A stretch of 63,246 nt of DNA, filler included, from Intoshia linei (lineage: Eukaryota > Animalia > Orthonectida): the NCBI GenBank assembly GCA_001642005.1. It is 4 parts of 4 records of this genome, joined end to end, with 100 filler letters (N's around TTAATTAATTAA, not from the genome) between each part and the next. Parts side by side here need not be neighbours in the genome. Positions count along the whole stretch, not along the records: positions 27,622 to 49,194 come from LWCA01000636.1; positions 49,295 to 60,986 come from LWCA01001150.1; 2 more parts are not named here. One strand, written 5' to 3'. The translations under genes and the position numbers were made by a program. Shown here piece by piece: positions 39,462 to 51,909 of the stretch; the stretch's first letter is position 1, and every line of letters begins with the position of its first letter. The notes beneath the pieces were generated by a model that was not told the origin of the DNA, did no database searches, and worked only from the letters and a program-made list of their open reading frames with translations.

Positions 39462-40938
39462 CAGTATAGGAAAAATTATTTATATATTTCATTAAATGCT
39501 TCAGCATATTATATATATACGTTTAAAAAGTTATAGAATATAATTGAATTACTAACATACATCTGTTAAAAGTATGAAATAAATATTCAACAAATTGTCT
39601 TATCAGTAAGTATGAGTACATGCGCATTAAAATATTAATCGTATTATTGTAATAATACTTAATGCGCATTTTTTCTAGTTCATTTTATAATTATACTAAA
39701 ATGACCTAATATTAAAAGATAACTAACGCATTTTAAATTTAATATCACTCATTACGACATAAAAATATTTAATTTTATTATGGGGAAAAAAGCAGATATA
39801 TTGCCCGAAACCAAAATTCACATAATTTCTAGCGGCTGTTTGTAGTGTTTCTGAGTCGACAGTGTCAGAATTAAAAAAAACTCAAAATTCATATTTTGAG
39901 TCTAATAGAACAAAAAAATGTGGGCCTAAAAGGATAACCAACCAGAGAACAGATAGAAAAATAGTACGAATGTAATTAAAAAATCGTTCTATGACTAGTT
40001 CTGCAATATCCTGCAATTTACAAAGCAAATCAATTTATTTATGAAGAAAAACAATAAACAACAGATTGCTAGAGGTCGGTTTAAGATCATATGCAAGACG
40101 AAAAAACCCTTATTAACAAAAAAGATGCAATTGACAAGGTTAAATTGGGCCAATTAGCATAAAAATTGGAATACAGACAGCTGAAGTAAGGTAAATGATA
40201 AAAATAATGTATATATTTATTATTACTGTATATAATAATTTTTTTATTGTATTAGATATATGTACTAATTTTGTAATTTTCTCTGACGAATCAATGGATA
40301 ATCGATACAGAAAAGTTTGTAGAAGATCAACAGAGGCATTTCGAGCAGATTGTATGGCACGAACGGTAAAATTTCCTACCAAAATAATGGTTTGGGGAGC
40401 AATTTCTGTATCCGGGCCCTGTCCCATTTTTGTTATTGAGGGTATAATGAATCAATAAAAATATATTGACATTCTCAAAAGTTTTTTGAACGACCGTCCA
40501 GGTTGGTTCAATAAAAATAGTCACATTTTCCAACAAGATTTGGCTCCCTGTCACACTGCACGGTCGGTTAAATCTTTTTTTGATTCCAACCAATGGAAAG
40601 TATTACCCTGGCCCAGTAATTCTGCAGATATGAATCCCATTGAAAACGTTTGGAAGGTATTAAAGGATGAAGTACATCAAGTTCATATTTCGTCAAAACA
40701 AGAATTAATTGACCGGACAGTATGGGTTTGGAATAATTTTGACAAAATTCAAGTATTATGCAAAAACTTAATAATTGGAATGCCAAGATGAATTCTTGAT
40801 TGTATTGGCGGAAAAGGTGGAATTACAAAATACTAATGTTATTTTTATTATTATATTTTAATTTATTTGTGATTTTTATTATTTTAAATACTAATAATTA
40901 ATATTTTATGAGAATTTATAATAATTTTTCCAATACTG
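39462..40938 (+). mobile_element. Full-length decayed Tc1-family transposon (DD34E)
   Basis: TIRs CAGTATAGGAAAAATTATT / AATAATTTTTCCAATACTG with TA TSDs. Transposase remnant 39780-40836 has FSDES, MVWGAIS and FQQD-x34-E (WPSNSADMNPIENVW). In-frame stops at 40456 and 40789 plus frameshifts, and a probable intron from 40191. Confidence 0.92.
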
Positions 40939-41242
40939 TATATCCAAAAATCCTTAAAAAAAATAAACCAAAAAATCAAGTCGTGTCTAATAATAATCTC
41001 GTATTCTATTACCACTACACAATTTAAGTACATTAGAGTTTTATAATTATGACAATTATCTTAAAATCAACCATATACTTTTTTACTATGCATGGATTTT
41101 AAATAAATGTCAATATCATGAATATCTTGTAATTTCTGTATTGATAAGATAAAATCAAAATAAATCTTATTTTTGAATAAAAATGATATTATCAACGGAT
41201 TGAAACATATGGTAGATAAAATTTAAATTTGACTAAAAACAC

Positions 41243-41514
41243 ATGGGGAAAACGGCTTATAAAAAGTGCACCAGCTAAAAAAATTTGAAACGTCAATCTC
41301 GGATAGAAAGTAACAAACGTGAACGAGAAAGAATGCACCTATTGAACGATGCATTTGAAGGCAACTCAATGTTATAAAAAAGTATAATATATGTTTAGAT
41401 TTACGTAGCACAATACCGTGTGGAATATCGAGTCCGAAATTGACAAAACTTGAAACTCTAAATCTAGCCAAACACTACATTTTAATTTTATCAACAATTA
41501 TCCGCAACAGCTAA
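41243..41514 (+). CDS. bHLH transcription factor, Mist1/dimmed-like; interrupted upstream of the basic region (pseudogene or sequence error possible)
   Basis: RIESNKRERERMHLLNDAFE|DLRSTIPCGISSPKLTKLETLNLAKHYILILSTII after removing a 38-nt GC-AG intron (41361-41398). ESN in the basic region is typical of Mist1/DIMM. In-frame TAA at 41276-41278. Confidence 0.75.
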
Positions 41515-41556
41515 ATTCATTTTGAACAAACGGACACTGTCAATTGAATAATTTAA

Positions 41557-44500
41557 TTAAATTTTTTTTAAAATTATGATTAAAATTATCATAAAAACAA
41601 TATATGATAATGAAAACGTAAAACTCATGAATGTAGGTATTTTTATTGGTTCAATGTGATTCTTGATAAAGTTTGGAAGGGTTTTCAAAATGTATGCACA
41701 AGTGAAATTTCCAATTCTATTTTTTGAATTATCCGCATAACAATATTTTTGATAGTATTCTGCATTATAAATTTTTTCATAGCCGTAACTGTCTATTGAT
41801 GTGTCTTTCAAACCGAGACAAACAGTTATTGTCGGAGTAGTAGAATTTGCAATGTTGGGTTTTGAACACGTACCATTGTTGTATTTGTACCCTAAAGCAC
41901 ACTTGTAATCTGTAGCATGACATTGACAAAGTACGTTTCGTTTTGTTTTTAATTTATCTACATCTACGAGACATAATTTTCCTTCATTAACGGTTTCATT
42001 TTTTGTGTAATATTTATACCCATCCCCGCAAATTGCAGTGTAATCTTTTTTACTTATCTTACAGTCACGTAATGAATTGTCAATTTTGTATTTTAAAATT
42101 TTTAGATTGTTTTCATCGATTGAGTATATGGTGAAATCATTTGTCATGAATAATTTTAAAATATTTGCTTCGACTAATGATATGAATTTTGAGGCATTCA
42201 GAACGTTGAACCAAGATCTTGCTCCATTTAAAGAAAAAATCATATTTTTAGTATTGTAGGCCAGTAATATAGCGTATTTATAATTTTTTAGGTAAAATGT
42301 TTCAATTATTTCAAATTTCAGTTTGGAGAAAGTTTGGCCCCCGTTAAAACTTTGATACATGTATTTATGGTAGGGAAATGTTTTGAATACTGTAGTTAAA
42401 CTAAATTCACCGTAATGGCTAATTGTACAATTACATGTGGTTTCATCTGGTAGTATCACTTTGTTCCAGCTATCACTGTTATCCCGGGAGAGGTAAATAT
42501 CGCATCCATAGAGTAGTAGTAGATATGATGTTACTGACTCTTTAAAGTAGTTTAGTCTTTTTATACCTTCAACGTCTTGTACTGGTAAATTCATCAATTC
42601 GTATCTTTCAAGACTAGAGTCACTTATCAGGATATATTTTGTACTGATAAATCGTTTTGAAATCTTGTTTATGTATTTTCTAATGAAAGGTTTACTGTAA
42701 TCCTAAATTAAAATTAATAACAAAATTTTATTTTATGTGTGGATCAATGTGACATCGTTCCAAATTTGGTACGTCTTAGTGCAGGGTTTATCAACCTTTT
42801 CGGAGCCCTTATTCCCATTAATATTTTATTGATTCAAATAATGAAAAATATTCAAATAAGCCGAGTCGATTCAGCCGACCCTACTAAGCTTGAAGCTACC
42901 GAAAATGAAAAATAATTTTTTTATAATTTTGTATTAATAATTAACGGAATAGTAGCACTTTAGAAACATATTTCAGATGAATTTTACCAATATTGCAAAG
43001 CATTATAATAAATATAAAAATGATACTAACAAAGTTGGTATTTTGAACTTCGTTGTTGTAATTATAGACTTTAATTTTTTTAAAATGGTTATTGAAATAT
43101 ATGAAAAAAACTAGAAGAAACCAATTATATAGATTTCCACCCATCTTTCTTTATTGGACATGTGTAGACATTCATTTTTTATTTTGGATTGGAATAAGAA
43201 GTTTTTTTCTAATAAGATTTGGTAAAATCTGAGTTTTTCAAAAAAATTTTGGAAAAAAAGAATTTTGACCGTAAGGGTTGGTAAAATTGCATTTTTTAAT
43301 TTGGGTTGGAATAAGTTTTTTTATCATAAAATTTGTTATAATCTGATTTTTCCTTTAACCCTTTCACTGTGTATTCTATACTATACACAGCAATTTCACT
43401 TCACTCTGATTTTTCAAAAAAATTTTGGAAATAGAGGATTTTTGTCTTAAGGATTGGTAAAATTGAATTTTTTATTTTGTGGTTGGAATAAAAAGTTGTT
43501 TCCTAATAAGATTTGGTAAAATATTATTTTTCAAAAAAATTTTGGAAATAGGGGATTTTTCCCTTAAGTGTTGGTAAAATTGCATTTTTTATTTTGGGAT
43601 TGGAATAAGAAGTTTTTCTCTCATAAGATTTTTCCCGTAAGGATTGGTAAAATTGCTTTTTTTATTTTGTTATTGGAATAAGAAGTTTTTTTCTAATAAG
43701 ATTTGGTAAAATCTGATTTTTCAAAAAAATTTTGGATAAAGGGGATTTTTATATTGGGGTTGGATTAAATGGACTTTTATCATAATGTTTGGTATAATCT
43801 GATTTTTTCAAAAAATATTATAAAAAGGAGATTTTCCCTAAGAGTTTGAAATTGTATTTTTTAATAAATTTTATTAAAATTAATACCGGAATAAAAGTAG
43901 GATTTTTGAAATAATAATGTAACCGTTGTTTAGGTTTTGGGATAAAATATCGACATCTGGCAACTCTGATTAAAACAAATTTCAGACGTGTGGTGAATCA
44001 CCACTGGTGATAGTACATAAAATTGCAGTAGAATTGCGAAAGGATTAAAAAGTGAATATATACCTCGACCAGTAATACATTTAAATTTTGTAGTGGTAAA
44101 ACGTTTGTAATTTTAATTTCTTTGGTACTAAAATTCGGTAAAACATTGTGATGCATGTGAATAAATGAAATTGTTTGTAAATCAGTAGACACATATTTAG
44201 TTTGGTCGTTTTTAATAATAATCAATACATTAGAGAAGAAAAAATGTTTGACATTTTTGGTTATGAAAATTATTTTCATGGTCAACACATCAAGTTTATA
44301 CAGACTCCCTTGACTTAAAATTACAACATTATAACCTTGAGCATATACGACCTTATTGATTATTAGATTAGATGACATTGTAATGTTGTCATGTCTAATG
44401 AGAAATATTCTGCTTGTACTATATAATATTAAAATGTCCAAACTTTTTGAAACAGGTACAGTTCCATAAGCATACATGACTTCATTCAATCCAGTGATAA

Positions 44501-44828
44501 ATGCTTTTGTTGATCCATTGTATAGATATGCAATGACATGGACATTAAAATCACCTTCAGTAATAAACATGTAATAATTTTTTTTGTCATGGTTTATATT
44601 CGTTCGGTTACCAAGTTTTACATCTACAATTTTTTCAAATTTGGCGTTTGAAGATGTGTATATGTAAGCTTCAAGGTTTTTTTCGTTTTTGACAATGTAG
44701 CAATTTCCAAAATTTAAAATTGTATAATTTGGCAGTTGGGTCAATGGTTTAATTTTGTCATATCTTAATTGGATTTTGGGTGTTACAATACAAATGAGAA
44801 AAAATAATAGATAAATGTTAAAAAACAT
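41557..44828 (-). CDS. Vps10/sortilin-like beta-propeller membrane protein (636 aa)
   Basis: Exons 44828-44064 and 42702-41557 join in phase 0. Signal peptide, Asp-box-like motifs (SRDNSDSW, SFNGGQTF, SLNGARSW), 10CC-like module (CQCHATDYKCALGY..GYEKI), and a C-terminal hydrophobic helix. Confidence 0.65.
43170..43968 (+). repeat. Tandem array (~6-7 diverged ~100-bp units) within a TIR-like element in the Vps10-like intron
   Basis: Repeated TTGGTAAAATTG..TTTTATTTTG..TTGGAATAAGAAGTTTTT..TAAGATTTGGTAAAATCTGATTTTTCAAAAAAATTTTGGA. Ends ..ATCTGGCAACTCTG. Confidence 0.8.
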
Positions 44829-46126
44829 TTTGAAAGTCACTGTTTATTTGTATTACAATGTTTAGATAGTTAATAAATAACAAAATATAGTTTTTATTCT
44901 TACACTATTACTATTTACCAAATCCTTGCTTATATTTATATAAGTTGATAAATTTAATTAAAAATGGGTAATTAAAATGTAAGTATTTGTTTGTTTCAGT
45001 TTATTTAAGTCGTGTTTTAAAAATTCCATGTTTCTATTATAGTTTTTTGAGGGTGATGTTTTATCGCAAATTTTATTTTCAGAAATTGAGTCTTTCAAGG
45101 TTAAAAATCCAATTATCCTATTTTAAAAATCAAAGCAGTCCTAGAATTATAAATATATATATATCAATCTGATAAAGATTTTAAAATTATCAACATTGTG
45201 ATCAATTTCAAAATTTTATATCTTCACGGCCAAAACCACAAATTACTCTTTTTTGTAAAAATTAAGAAAGTCTTATAATTGTATACAACATAAATTGTGG
45301 GATAGTTTTTAAAATCAAACATTATCATAAATTGCAAATCGATTTACACGATCATAACCACAGATTACCTTTTTTTAAAAATTAAAATAGTCCTATCATT
45401 TTACAATTACAAATTAATAAAAAATTCCAATTCATAGTTATATCCAGTTAGCACAAATAAAAATTTTTAAATAATTAACTAGGCTTTTGACCCTGAAAGA
45501 CTTAATTTCTGAAAATGAAATTTGCGATAAAATCCAAGTCATTACAGTTTTTTCCGGGTGAAAGTAAGATAAATTTCAAACTCAGAAACTTACATCTTAC
45601 CGGTCAAAAACACTAAGTATCCTTTTTTGAAAATCAAACGAATCCTATGGTTTAAAAGAATATACACTCTGATATAGATTTTAAATTCATGAACATTGTC
45701 ATAAATTTAAATTTGAAATAGTTTTACCTTGAGGGTCAAAACCATACATTACATTTTTTTGAAAAAATGAAAATAGTCACAAAATTTAAAAAAAATGACA
45801 ATTCATAGTTATCTCCGGTTAATACACACAAATTTTTCAAAACAGACGTTATATTAAAATATTACCCTTTATAATTACAAATTCTAAATACAGATTACTG
45901 AAAAGATTTTAAATAATAACTAATAATTAACGAAACCTTATTAAATGTTGAATTATAGTTGTATTGTTTTAATAAGAATCAAGATTAAAAAACAATGAAA
46001 AAATAATTTGAATTAAGTATATAGAGCAGTAACAAATATATCAAAATTAACGATATATTGTTAATTTTGTTATTATACAAATGACAATAACTTAAATATA
46101 CACTAAATAATTGAAAATTTGACAAA

Positions 46127-47082
46127 ATGGCATATTTGACAATATTACACAATAAACCAACTAGTAGTGGCTATTCTAATAATAGTAAATTTTGTGAAAA
46201 AATCCGAGAATACACAAATTCATCAAATTATAAATTCAAACCAATATTACCACGTTTAACTCGAGAAAAAATGATGAATTTGAATAAAAGATTACATGTA
46301 TTAAAAAGAAACGATGCTTTGAAAGGTTAATAAATTAACATCTATAATATATAATAAAAATTTCGAAAAAATATTTTTGACCATTTGGGTGACCAAGAAT
46401 TGTTAGAATTTAATTATATTAATATTAGACTAATATGTAACATGTAATTTGGACTTATAAATTGAAAATATAATATAGATTGATATTCATTAAAATTAAT
46501 TTAGAATTGGTGAAACGAAAAAAAATAAACAAAATTTCAATAGACTCATCAAATAGACTCTTCTCTGCATCAACAATCCAGAGATTGGGTGAAAAAAGTG
46601 ATTTTGTAAAAAACTTTATACACCAGGAAAATAATAAACTACATAAATACGGATACAAAAATTACCAAAACAAAGAAATCAAAAAAATTTCAAACAGACT
46701 ACACTCAAACAGAACAAACCATTTACTATCAGTAAATTTAGATAACCATTCTAATGAAAAATCATTATTGATATGTTCAAAATTAGAAAATTGTTGTGAA
46801 AAAAATATTCTACTTTCAGAAAAATTAGTTCCAGTCCTAGACCACTTTAGATTCTTTAAAAATGTAAAAGCAAATGCCAATACAACCAGAGAAATATCTC
46901 AAAGAATTCACTCTAGGCACACTGAAACGTGGCAAAATAAAATTGACAAGCGAATACCAACATTATTGTATCCACAAACTACGTTATTTATGAACAACAA
47001 AATATTAATCAAACAATACCAAAAAACCCACCTTCTTCCAAAACATTTTAATTTAGGTCGGACGGCAAAGTGGTATAATTGA
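46127..47082 (+). CDS. Hypothetical basic protein with repeated R[LI][FH]S-type motifs
   Basis: Exons 46127-46325 and 46505-47082 join in phase 1. Repeats NRLFSAST, NRLHSNRT, QRIHSRHT. Confidence 0.55.
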
Positions 47083-47138
47083 AATAAAACATTTATTTAT
47101 ACAAGTTTAAAATTTAAAAATCGATATTTTATCGCATT

Positions 47139-47925
47139 TTAAATACCGTGTCCTTCAACTGCTATATGACAACGATCTTCTGTATCAGTCCACTGACCAT
47201 CAAATTCTGTTGGTTGTAAATCTCCTTTAAATCGAATATGTTTACTTCCCGGTGATTCTGAAGTAATTTTATTCATTTGTTCAAAAACCACGGTACTACC
47301 TCCACAGTTGGTAGGTTTAATAGAACCCTATGATATAAAAATAACAAAGAGTAATATAAATTATACCAGATAAATACATTTAGTATTGTATATTGGTCGA
47401 TTAACTTGGTTTGAAAAAAATAATAATCCTAATTTACCCAAAATTTAGTTGTAACATAATAAAAATTTTAATTTTAACGGGATATTCGATCTAGCAATAT
47501 TTAAAGATGATACAATAAAAATGGCCATTTTAAAAGTTTTATCAATTTATGATACATTATTCTAAATCAGTAAACGATATCTTTATATTTTTAAATTATT
47601 TTATTTGCCTTCTTAACATTATTATTATTAGGATTAACAACTAAAAATATTAAACACATACCGTTATTATTTTTCTACTTATTTCTCCATCCGTATCTGT
47701 ACCTTCATGAGTCAAAAGATATTTGGAAGCAATTTTCGTATCTGCTACAGTGATATGACTTCTAGTAATAGATTTTTTCATTTTAGGTACCAATTGAAAA
47801 TCTGTGTTTAGAAATTAATATAATTCAAATTAGGAAATACCCAGCATACGCTTTGTCGGAGAATCATCATGATCGATCCATAAATCAGCCGACCTTGATC
47901 TCCTTTTTTTCATAGCGGGTAAATT
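47139..47925 (-). CDS. KIF23: KIF23/MKLP1 C-terminal tail (Arf6-binding domain); motor domain not found
   Basis: Exons 47925-47850, 47801-47662, 47327-47139 give KRRSRSADLWIDH..SKYLLTHEGTDTDGEISRKIITGSIKPTNCGGSTVVFEQMNKITSESP..WTDTEDRCHIAVEGHGI. This matches MKLP1 RRSRSA..WVDH..KYMLTHQE..DGEI..GGGQSVQF..WTDVETRC. Confidence 0.85.
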
Positions 47926-48080
47926 CTAAATTAAAAATTTCATTTAATTCAATCAAATAAACTTTTCAGATATTAAAAACCTTTCTATTAGATTTAATAT
48001 TAAACGATATTTAAAAATTGTTTCCCTAAACGTAAAAGGTTGCTTTAATTTGGTTATATTTACCAATTTCTTTCGTCTAA

Positions 48081-48227
48081 TAGGGATTCCCACATTCTTT
48101 TCACAGCGGACCGGTAATAAATTATAAAATTTATCGCGGACCATTAAAGCAACATTAAAAAAAGTTTGATAAAAAATTAACTTATATTAGTAAAAATTTT
48201 TCACAGACCGGTATTTGGGACACGCTG
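48081..48227. mobile_element. Small hAT-like MITE
   Basis: Ends TAGGGATTCCCA / TGGGACACGCTG. The interior matches 52451-52588. Confidence 0.55.
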
Positions 48228-49024
48228 ACTTAACACAAGGCAGTTATAATTATCATTCCCTGTCAAGCTGGTTCTACCCTAATTTAACAAAAATTAAAAA
48301 TACTTTATGAGAATTTACACACCAGTCCTCAGTCAGATAAATTTCAAATCCAAAAATTGACATATTACGGTCAAGGACACAAACACATCTTTTTTAAAAA
48401 ATGAAAAAACTAAGAGTCCCTGAAGTTTAAAAAAACATTCTGAGACAGTCCTAAAATTTAAAAAATTCACAATTAATAGTTATTTCCAGTTTCAATTTTA
48501 CAAAAAAAATTTCAATCTCACAAAGCTAAGTACACAAAAGGCATATTCAGAAATTTACAATCAAAAACACAAATTATCCCTTATTTAAATTAAAATGCAA
48601 ATACTAAGAATCCCTCTATTTTAAAAAATGCATCTTCACAGTCGAAACCAGGCATTGTCAACCCTTTTTCGCTGTGGGTCTCTACTATGGTATTGCAAAA
48701 AAACCCATGGACCCCAAAAAAATATATACATTACATCCATTACTTATATACAATTTAATGTGTACCAACTTGCTAATACAATTTTTCAAGAGTGACGCAA
48801 CGTTACAAATTTTATTTTCCGAAATTGAGTTCTTCACGATCAAAGACCAATTTTACTTTTTTTAAAAATAAAATCAGCGCTAATATTTAAAAAAGTATAT
48901 ATTATGGAACGCGTTTGAAAGTCGTTACGATTAGTGTAAATCTTAACCTCAGAAACTTAAATATTCATATTCAAAACCCTAAATTAACCTTTTTTTGCGA
49001 AAATTAAAAAAGCCACAATTTTTA

Positions 49025-49381
49025 TCCTTTACTTATATAAAAATAAACATCTGTGTGTTACCATTTATTTAAAAAATTGAAAGTCGTAGAATTTAACAAA
49101 ACACTATTTCCTTTATGTTAAAAAAAATTAAACCAACAATTTAATAAAACATACATTCTGGGACGCGTTTTAAAATCATTAACATTGTCGTTAANNNNNN
49201 NNNNNNNNNNNNNNNNNNNNNNNNNNNNNNNNNNNNNNTTAATTAATTAANNNNNNNNNNNNNNNNNNNNNNNNNNNNNNNNNNNNNNNNNNNNACATTA
49301 ATTTATTTTTTTGGTAGAATAAAAATGTGCCCTCGGCAGAGCTAGGTGTTGTTTGTACGTAGTACATAACAGTCAACCTAG
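49025..49381 (+). mobile_element. Helitron-like copy spanning the scaffold gap
   Basis: 5' A|TCCTTTACTTATATAA at 49025 lies left of the gap, and the intact 3' hairpin plus CTAG|T at 49381 lies right of it. Confidence 0.6.
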
Positions 49382-49518
49382 TTACTTTATATAAGTAAGG
49401 ATTACGTCATTTTTCTTTCATCAACTTTGAAAAATTCATAAAGTTTTTAAGGCATACCAAAAAAATGAAAATTGAAAAATTTATTGAAATAAAATTTTTG
49501 AAAAATAGAAAAACAATA

Positions 49519-50729
49519 TTAGACTAAAGTACCAATATGAATTTGCGAATATTTAGCCAATTGATTGTATTGATTGTACTGCTTATATCGTTTATATCGA
49601 AAGAGAGATTTAATGTACATGTCGGCTGGTGGAATATTTTTAATTTCTTGGCATCTACTCTTTTCAATTGATTGAAAAACATAGTCTTTTTTCTTGCACA
49701 AATTATCAACAGAGTTTGAAACATTTTTGGTATAATTTTTACAATGCCTCTTGATGACATTATCAGACCCTAAATCGTAAATGTACTCCTTGTCAAATTT
49801 TAAGTATAATTTGAGATTACTTAAACTTTGACTTTTTACTAACATTCTATTTTCTTTTTTATTACATTTTTGGTTCAAAATATTATTAAATGAAATTTTG
49901 GGAAACTTTTGTAATTTTCCATCTTGAAGGAAAGTATTTTGAAATAGTCTAGTGCCCATAGTTGTATCTGTAAATATTTCACGTTGAATTGGTGAACATT
50001 TTTTCGGTTTTTGCGTTAAATCTGATTCACTGTTTGATACAAAATTGTTCATTTTTGATAAATTTTTAAAATTAAATTTGTCGACATTTAAATTGATATC
50101 AAAAGAACACGTTTTATCATAATGTAATATTTTTGATATTTCAGTATCAATTTTTTCATTCTCATTTAATAGTTTTCTAAGTTTTATTTTTAAAATGGCA
50201 GATTCGTCAAATTTATTGATCAAGTTTTTAATTTGCAGTGAAATACCATGATTTTTGTAAATATTTCCGTTTTCAATAATTTCTGTTAAATTATTTATTT
50301 TTATGCATTTTAATAATATGGTTTGATCAATCTGGGTTATATTTTTGTTTACTTTTTCAATTTCGTCTAGCAGGTGGTGGGTTTTTCTGTCAAATAAATT
50401 TTCTAAACCGTCTATAGTATTCTTTGGTGTATGTAAACATTCAGGAATATTGTGGATTTTGTAGGATTTTTTTGAGTTATTATTCATTTTATTTAAGGTA
50501 TAGTTGTCATTTGTTGGATTAGATTGAATTTTTTTGTTTTGTTTCAGTTGTTTTGATTTACACATACATGTGTAATTCGTATGACGCATTTGTCTCGGTG
50601 TAGATGGTGTTATTTTTGCTATGCTCGGATTTTTTATCAAAAGTGACTTTTTCTTAATTAATGCATTAGTTCTTTCGTCCAATACTACTTCATATTCATT
50701 TGAAGCCACTGTAGTGTTTGATTTCAATT
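49519..50729 (-). CDS. Hypothetical protein, long terminal exon with coiled-coil-like segment
   Basis: 402-codon open frame preceded by an acceptor TTTAG at 50730. Upstream exons were not identified and no family was recognised. Confidence 0.6.
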
Positions 50730-51154
50730 CTAAATGATTTTATTAATATAAAGATTTTTAATTTAGAATGTACTTCGTACAAACAGCAGCTAGCTCTACC
50801 CAATGCCCAATTTTTAATTTCAAAATCTATTCTGATTATATATTGTAATATGTAATTAGAGTATGTAATCTTAAAAAGAAAAATTATATTTTTATTTAAC
50901 CAATTATATGTACAACTCTAAAAATGAATTCTTTACCTTAATAAAATTGAAGGCCTGTGTGTGTTTGTGTGTTAACCTTTATTTAAAAAATTGACAGTCG
51001 TACAATTTAAAAAAACCCAATTTATAACACAGTTTTTCCCACGACGTATTTTTATCTATTTTTCAGTTTCAGAATTTGATTCCTTCAGGGTCAAAAATCA
51101 AATTTCCCCTTTTTTGAAAAAAAATCATAAATAAAATTTTAAATACCTATAGTC

Positions 51155-51577
51155 TAGAGGTTCCCAAATGGGGTACTGGCACCCCTAAGAATCCAAAAAT
51201 TATTTTGGGGTACCAGCTCGTATGATACTATGACTCATAAATTATATATATTTTTTAAATTCCTAATAATAATAAAAAATAAAAATTAATTTGTAACAAT
51301 ACACTCATTTTCTTATGTATTTATGTCTATTTGATAGTCTCTGCGACATTAAGGTTGCATATTAAATGTGTATGTACGTCACTATTTCGTCAGTTCAATC
51401 ATTAACGATTTTTCAGATATCCATTTTTGGTCAAGTAAAGTTTTAACAACTTTAAATTTTTAAAACAATTTTTTTTAATTAATATTGTGTCATAGTTAAA
51501 CTAAATTTAAATTTTATGGAGTCCAAATTATTTTTTTCAGTTTAGGGACCAACTGTGAAGTATGTTGGGAACCGCTG
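51155..51577. mobile_element. hAT (Charlie-like) MITE, same family as 6555-6955
   Basis: TIRs TAGAGGTTCCCAA / TTGGGAACCGCTG with flanks CTATAGTC / ATATAGTC (7 of 8 match). Confidence 0.75.
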
Positions 51578-51584
51578 ATATAGT

Positions 51585-51853
51585 CAGTGCCGAACCTAAC
51601 GTACCTGAGACCCCTCTTCGAGGTGATAAGATTCGGCGTAATTTTTGTAAAATAGGGACATTATTTTCCCAAAATAAGTATTAAAAAATTATATTCTTGA
51701 ATATCATACTATTTTGTGTGTTAAATTTAAAACATCAAGTAAAGAGTCTTATATAGGTTGGTATGGTTATATGCCATTGCATACTTTGTGAAAAAAAATT
51801 TAGATGACTATTTTTCATTTTGTGATGGCCTCGAGCTGGAAGGTTCGGCTCTA
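51585..51853. mobile_element. Second hAT-like MITE
   Basis: TIRs CAGTGCCGAACCT / AGGTTCGGCTCTA. A related copy begins at ~23651. Confidence 0.55.
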
Positions 51854-51909
51854 ACAATAGTAGATACTTTTTTCTTCTATCAATCAATGTATTTTATTTT
51901 ATTCACAGT

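Noticed and set aside
41276-41278. Possible TAA-to-Gln recoding suggested by the in-frame stop and the unusual tRNA-Gln
   Set aside because: ZMIZ, SKA1, CTNS and GLRX all end in TAA at expected positions, and the tRNA anticodon is an ordinary TTG.
43170-43860. Regularly spaced repeats that could be mistaken for a CRISPR array
   Set aside because: Whole units are repeated with no unique spacers, there are no cas genes, and the context is a eukaryotic intron.
47953-48144. 63-aa ORF MVRDKFYN.. as first exon of the KIF23 tail
   Set aside because: Its start lies inside the 48081-48227 MITE, which is repeated at 52451.
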